Below are positions 59,354 through 64,000 of a stretch of DNA of 64,000 nucleotides, piece after piece. The stretch covers positions 34,734 through 98,733 of the forward strand of contig MEPW01000007.1 in the NCBI GenBank assembly GCA_001769975.1, written 5' to 3'. Origin of the DNA: Bdellovibrionales bacterium RIFOXYA1_FULL_36_14. GTDB taxonomy: Bacteria > Bdellovibrionota > Bacteriovoracia > Bacteriovoracales > Bacteriovoracaceae. Both the position numbers and the translations under genes were made by a program. Under the pieces are notes generated by a model that searched no databases, had not been told where the DNA came from, and was given only the letters and a program-made list of their open reading frames with translations. Position 1 is the first letter of the stretch, and each line of letters starts with the position of its first letter.

Positions 59354-59450
59354 ACTTTTGCTCCTTTGTATTAACTTATTAATAGATTTATAGTTCTAAA
59401 ATTAATAGTATAAGTAAGTGTTTTAATTTTACTACAACAACGGAAATTTT

Positions 59451-61124
59451 ATGACATTTAAATCAGATTTGGAAATTGCGTCAAGTGCCCACCTCAAAAA
59501 AATTGATGAAATTGCCTCTCTAATCGGATTAACTACCGACGATTTAATTGTTTACGGAGATTACAAGGCTAAAATCAAGCTTGATTCTATAAGAAAAATA
59601 TTAACTAAAAAACCAGGAAAACTCATTTTGGTAAGTGCTATTACCCCCACTCCGGCGGGGGAAGGCAAAACCACGGTAAGTATTGGGCTCACCCAGGCAC
59701 TGAGACAAATTGGAAAAAATGCATTAGTGGCCATTCGTGAACCATCCTTGGGACCTTGTTTTGGAGTCAAAGGCGGAGCTGCTGGTGGTGGATATTCCCA
59801 AGTTTTACCGATGGAGGACATCAACCTGCATTTTACGGGAGATATTCATGCAGTAAGTGCATCTCATAACTTGATTGCGGCAGCACTTGATAACCATATT
59901 CATTATCGTTTTAAAAATCGTATCTCCATCAGAGACACCTATTGGAAAAGAGTAATGGATATGAACGACCGTTCCCTTCGAGAAATTATTATTGGTCTAA
60001 AAAAGAATGGTTTTGCCAGAGAATCTGGTTTTGAAATAACTGCAGCCTCTGAAATAATGGCCATTTTATGTTTGTCTAAAGATTACGAGGATCTCAAGCA
60101 AAAAATTGGTAATATTTTGTTAGCGCAAACCCTTGAAGATGAGAAACCATTCTTCGCCAGGGATTTAAAAATTGCCGGAGCCGCTACTGCTTTGCTTAAA
60201 GACGCCCTTCTTCCCAATTTAGTTCAAACCATAGAGCATGGGCCGGCGCTTATACACGGTGGTCCTTTTGCCAATATCGCCCAGGGTGCAAACAGCATCT
60301 TAGCCACCAAGCTTGCTCTTAGTCTGTCGGATTATGTAGTAACCGAGGCAGGTTTTGGATTTGATCTTGGTGCCGAAAAATTCTTTAATATAGTCTCAAG
60401 ATATGGCCAGTTTTCTCCGCAGGCAGTAGTCTTGGTAGCATCCGCGCGCGCACTTAAAATGCATGGAGGTGTAAAAAAATCGCAGTTACAAAATGAAAAC
60501 ACCTCTGCCATAAAAATTGGGGCATGCAACTTGGAAAAACACATTGAAAACGCTAAAAAATTTAATGTGGAAGTTATGGTTGCCATCAATAAATTTCCCA
60601 ATGACTCTTTAGAAGAAATCAAAGTGATAGAGGAAATTTGCAATCAAAACAATATTATTTCCTCAGTAGTAGAAGTGCGAGAAAAAGGTGGCTTAGGGGG
60701 CGTTGATTTGGCCCAAAAGCTCGTATCAAAACTTGATCACAATACCTATCAAGCTAAACATTTGTATGAATGGACCGATTCTGTAGAAGATAAGATTAAT
60801 ACTGTAGCAAAAGAAATATACGGGGCTAAAAATGTTCATTTTGAAGCGAAGGCCAAAAGCGATTTAGAACTGATTTATAATAATAATCTAAATAATCTTC
60901 CAGTCTGTATTGCTAAAACTCAAAACTCTCTGTCCGATGACCCTAAAAAAATTGGCAGACCTCAGAATTTTACACTTACCGTGCGAGAAATTATTATATC
61001 CAGCGGAGCAGGTTTTCTGGTTCCTTTAACCGGCGAAATTATGAGGATGCCTGGTCTTCCCAAACACCCATCAGCCAATGATATGGATATTGATGCCAAC
61101 GGAAATATTTCCGGTTTGTTTTAA
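59451..61124 (+). CDS. fhs: Formate--tetrahydrofolate ligase
   Basis: ITPTPAGEGKTT P-loop, EPSLGP(C)FG(V)KGGAAGGGY and other near-invariant FTHFS segments. 557 aa. Confidence 0.92.
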   Translation: MTFKSDLEIASSAHLKKIDEIASLIGLTTDDLIVYGDYKAKIKLDSIRKILTKKPGKLILVSAITPTPAGEGKTTVSIGLTQALRQIGKNALVAIREPSLGPCFGVKGGAAGGGYSQVLPMEDINLHFTGDIHAVSASHNLIAAALDNHIHYRFKNRISIRDTYWKRVMDMNDRSLREIIIGLKKNGFARESGFEITAASEIMAILCLSKDYEDLKQKIGNILLAQTLEDEKPFFARDLKIAGAATALLKDALLPNLVQTIEHGPALIHGGPFANIAQGANSILATKLALSLSDYVVTEAGFGFDLGAEKFFNIVSRYGQFSPQAVVLVASARALKMHGGVKKSQLQNENTSAIKIGACNLEKHIENAKKFNVEVMVAINKFPNDSLEEIKVIEEICNQNNIISSVVEVREKGGLGGVDLAQKLVSKLDHNTYQAKHLYEWTDSVEDKINTVAKEIYGAKNVHFEAKAKSDLELIYNNNLNNLPVCIAKTQNSLSDDPKKIGRPQNFTLTVREIIISSGAGFLVPLTGEIMRMPGLPKHPSANDMDIDANGNISGLF

Positions 61125-61125
61125 T

Positions 61126-63531
61126 TTACGCTTCTTGAGAACTTTCATTATGATAAACTATCAATTCATCCTCGGTATTTAACAGCTTTTCTTCAGTCAG
61201 TTTTTGTTCTTCGCCTAAGTCAGCTGTCAACTGACTTACCCTGACAAGCGTATCCAGGTTACCTTTCAAATTATCATAAAAAGACTTCATCCGAGTGATC
61301 ATGTCTTCATCAATTTTTTGTCCTTCTTTGGCATTGACTCCCATATTGAATGTATCATTTTCTATATGGTTCCTGGTCAAATCTACTTTTTTCTTATACT
61401 CACTCAAATCAGGAGATTTCACATCCACTAATATCATCTGCATTTTGGAAAGGTGAACATCGAAGTTTTTTAAATTAGCAACGAATTGACTAATCTCTTT
61501 GTCAAAGGCCCGCAATTCCAATTTAATTTTCATAAGAGCGCTGGAAAAACTTTCTGGATTAATCTTGGGTGACTTAGTAAAAATTAAAGTTTGTTCAAGA
61601 GTTTGCCCCACATTGGACTTACAATTTTCAAGTCTTATCAGCGCTTCTTTAAACCCCTCTCTGGATAATCCGATATTGCGATAAATTTTTAAATTTTCTT
61701 CATGATTATTAACTAACTGAGTGGATTGATCATATAGATTACATTGCTCCTTCAGCATGACTTTAGAGGCATTAATAGTGGTTAAATAGATTTGTTCCGT
61801 TTTTCTGCGAAGTTCAACTAAACGAATTATAAGATCCTTACTCTCTTGAAAATCTTTTACTTCATTTTTCACATAAACATCTTGTTCAGATAAAATGTTT
61901 TTCACATCACAAAGCAATTTGTGTTTGTCATATAACTCATTTTCTAAACGTTCGATTTCACTTACCAGTCCATTTTTTTGTTGCGTTAAAAATTCAGCAA
62001 GTTTTATAAACTTTCCAAACACCGACTCAATTCCGGCAATATTGAAATCTTCCCTGATTTTATCTTTAAACTCTTTATCAAAATCCCCTCGGATTAGGGT
62101 CTCAAGAGATCTACACACCGGGCCCAACAATGATTTCTTCTGATCCTTAATGGTTTCTTCTAAAAACATGAGCGGATAGAAAAATACCATAATTCTTTTT
62201 TGGTCATCAATTTCAACCGGGGATATATACATTTCATAAGGAGCGAAATCTTTTTGTTCCTGCTTAACTTGTATTTGATAAATACCTGCTAAATTATTGT
62301 TTAAAGCTTCTAGGATAGGATCATTTTCGCCTAGATTAGTAAAGCGTTGTAAAAATTCCCAGTTAAGAGCATCTCTTTTATTTTTATATTCGTTTAAATT
62401 CCATTCAGAGTAAAACAGAGCATTTGCCCACACCAAATTTAAATTAGAGTCAAGTAGCAGTGCGGGGAAAGGAAGAGCTTCCTGAAAAATATTTCCAAAA
62501 CTCATCCGACTTTTTACCCATGAATGGTATTTCTGCATTTCTTGATAAAAATCTTTGGAAAAATGGTCATTCATTCTAAAGTCGGGAGCAATAATACCTT
62601 CTTGAACACATTCTAGGATTCTCGTCTCAATCTTTTTAATAGATCTATATACATTTTTTTGATAGAGCCAACCTCCAAGTACCATTGCACTTAATAAAAA
62701 TACCAACATCCCCGCAAAACCAATAAACATCATTTGAGAATTTTTTTGGAAGCTCATTTTAGCCACAGCAATTTCAGGTTCAATTAATTTCAGCCAGGAA
62801 TTATAAGATGTATTTAATTTTTGATACTCTTCCGCGTATTTTTTTAATTCCGGTAGGTAGCTGCTAAGCATATCTTGCTCCACTTTAAAACTTTGAAGCT
62901 TTGCCATAATGCTAGTTTTATCAAAGGTGGAAAGCGAGGAACCGTTAGTGATATTTTCCATGCTTCTTAAGCTGCGGGTAAGATTACCATCTATCTTATG
63001 CATTTTACTGTAATTAAAAAAATCAATTTTTTTTAAATTATTGGCATCCAGGTCAATTAGCATTACCGAACTAATTCTAGTAAGTGTGGGCCATTTGTTT
63101 TCTTTTGACCAATTTTGAAAATTTTCAAATTTTTTATGGAGAACATTTAATACTACCAATATGTCGGGAAGTGATAACAAGTTATTTAGTATGGCTTTCA
63201 TTCCAGAGGTGCTGTCTGAAAATGCTTTATATTCTGCCGAAAAATGTTTTACGTTGCGATCCATGATTTTAGTTATCTTTTCCACATTACTCATGGCACT
63301 GATCGCTTCTCTAACTCTACCTGCCAGTATTAGCTGATCTATTTTGGAAATTTGATTTTCCGTACGAAGTCGCTCCACTTCTTGTGATGATTCCGACAGC
63401 GTCCAAATGACTTCACTATTTAATGCTCCATTTTGAAAAAAATAATAAAACCATGAGCACATTCCACACAAAATCATCATTAGTATAGAAAAATAAAATA
63501 CCTGAATGCTTCTTCCAGCTTTAAAATGCAT
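61126..63531 (-). CDS. Large membrane protein: periplasmic domain, PAS-like segment and long coiled coils; no recognisable output domain
   Basis: 801 aa with two TM helices (about aa 12-34 and 268-290). Has a PAS-like block (ALLLDSNLNLVWANALF...) and heptad-rich C-terminal 350 aa. Confidence 0.55.
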   Translation of the reverse strand: MHFKAGRSIQVFYFSILMMILCGMCSWFYYFFQNGALNSEVIWTLSESSQEVERLRTENQISKIDQLILAGRVREAISAMSNVEKITKIMDRNVKHFSAEYKAFSDSTSGMKAILNNLLSLPDILVVLNVLHKKFENFQNWSKENKWPTLTRISSVMLIDLDANNLKKIDFFNYSKMHKIDGNLTRSLRSMENITNGSSLSTFDKTSIMAKLQSFKVEQDMLSSYLPELKKYAEEYQKLNTSYNSWLKLIEPEIAVAKMSFQKNSQMMFIGFAGMLVFLLSAMVLGGWLYQKNVYRSIKKIETRILECVQEGIIAPDFRMNDHFSKDFYQEMQKYHSWVKSRMSFGNIFQEALPFPALLLDSNLNLVWANALFYSEWNLNEYKNKRDALNWEFLQRFTNLGENDPILEALNNNLAGIYQIQVKQEQKDFAPYEMYISPVEIDDQKRIMVFFYPLMFLEETIKDQKKSLLGPVCRSLETLIRGDFDKEFKDKIREDFNIAGIESVFGKFIKLAEFLTQQKNGLVSEIERLENELYDKHKLLCDVKNILSEQDVYVKNEVKDFQESKDLIIRLVELRRKTEQIYLTTINASKVMLKEQCNLYDQSTQLVNNHEENLKIYRNIGLSREGFKEALIRLENCKSNVGQTLEQTLIFTKSPKINPESFSSALMKIKLELRAFDKEISQFVANLKNFDVHLSKMQMILVDVKSPDLSEYKKKVDLTRNHIENDTFNMGVNAKEGQKIDEDMITRMKSFYDNLKGNLDTLVRVSQLTADLGEEQKLTEEKLLNTEDELIVYHNESSQEA

Positions 63532-63560
63532 AATGCAATCCTTTAAAATTTATATTGATT

Positions 63561-64000
63561 TTATTCAGAGATAATCTTAAACAGGTCGACATATCGGCAT
63601 ATATTATGCGTGCCCAGAACATTAACATCCCGTCTAATGCCCAAAGTGTCACCACGTCCTGTGTCTCCTACTCTTTGATAAGAGGAAGTTTTAATAAGCT
63701 TGCCTCTAAATGGTATTATGATGGAAACCAGACGAAATAGGAAGGAAAAATGAATAATTTGAAACTCTCCTAAAACCTGTGTAAATTGCTTGGGTATCCC
63801 CTGATGTTTCTTTAATTGCAAATCCTGGGTAATTTCTAAACATAAATGTCGAGGGAGAGCCGCAGCTTCATGTGCACCAATTTGATACTGTTCAAATATG
63901 TTAGAAAATCCCAACTTGAATTTTTCATTTTGATTAATAATACACTCATAAATAGTATCTTCAGAGTGAGAAATATTTAAAAAAAGATCTAGTTTGATGT
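63561..64000 (-). CDS. Hypothetical protein, 5' end outside the window
   Basis: The reading frame of track ORF 63561..63914 stays open to nt 64000 (...IKLDLFLNISHSEDTIYECIINQNEKFKLGFSNIF...). The gene therefore starts beyond the right edge. Confidence 0.45.
   Translation of the reverse strand, partial: IKLDLFLNISHSEDTIYECIINQNEKFKLGFSNIFEQYQIGAHEAAALPRHLCLEITQDLQLKKHQGIPKQFTQVLGEFQIIHFSFLFRLVSIIIPFRGKLIKTSSYQRVGDTGRGDTLGIRRDVNVLGTHNICRYVDLFKIISE

Noticed and set aside
59354-59450. Looked for a ZTP (pfl) or other folate/purine riboswitch upstream of fhs.
   Set aside because: The 97-nt leader is almost pure AT. It lacks the conserved GC-rich pseudoknot elements of the ZTP motif.
63561-63914. 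Track ORF treated as a complete 117-aa gene. The LCLEITQ segment also looked EAL-domain-like.
   Set aside because: The frame is open to nt 64000, so the gene is only partly visible. Downstream of LEITQ there is no DDFGTG-type motif and too little sequence for an EAL domain.
1-64000. Scanned for CRISPR arrays, IS elements, transposases, prophage genes, toxin-antitoxin pairs and rRNA.
   Set aside because: There are no spaced direct repeats, no recombinase-, transposase- or phage-like ORFs, and no rRNA-like conserved stretches. The only tandem repeats are the two coding ones reported.

Overview
This is a 64-kb, AT-rich, densely coding segment that looks like the chromosome of a Gram-negative bacterium. 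Supporting genes are rho, prfA-prmC, murA, mltG, ruvX, lnt, kdsD/kpsF, fhs and a DEAD-box helicase. The many lineage-specific lipoproteins and secreted proteases would fit a Bdellovibrio-like predator, but that is only a guess. I support about 57 CDS, one tRNA-Gln(UUG), two clear intrinsic terminators, a few promoter or operator candidates and two coding tandem repeats. I saw no rRNA, CRISPR array, transposase or integrase.

The main observations are:
- **GatDE behind tRNA-Gln (14.9-18.4 kb):** an archaeal-type gatE-gatD pair lies 33 nt downstream of a bacterial-type tRNA-Gln gene.
- **LuxE/LuxC-like cluster (23.4-28.3 kb):** an orphan acyl-activation and reduction cluster with three adenylate-forming modules, one fused to the reductase, and no luciferase.
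- **Secreted-protein block (6.8-14.2 kb):** a gingipain-like C25 peptidase and a 7-repeat propeller lipoprotein.
- **Selenium operon:** lipoprotein phosphodiesterase, selD and selU in one tight unit.
- **Stress/redox sensing neighbourhood (51.9-59.4 kb):** an Rrf2 regulator with a perfect 18-bp palindrome, a FIST-kinase pair, tandem hsp20 genes behind a sigma-32-like promoter, a Cys-rich PAS kinase and a ferredoxin.
- **Left edge:** a collagen-like protein built from 54-bp repeats.

All functional calls come from motif recognition by eye. No database search was run.
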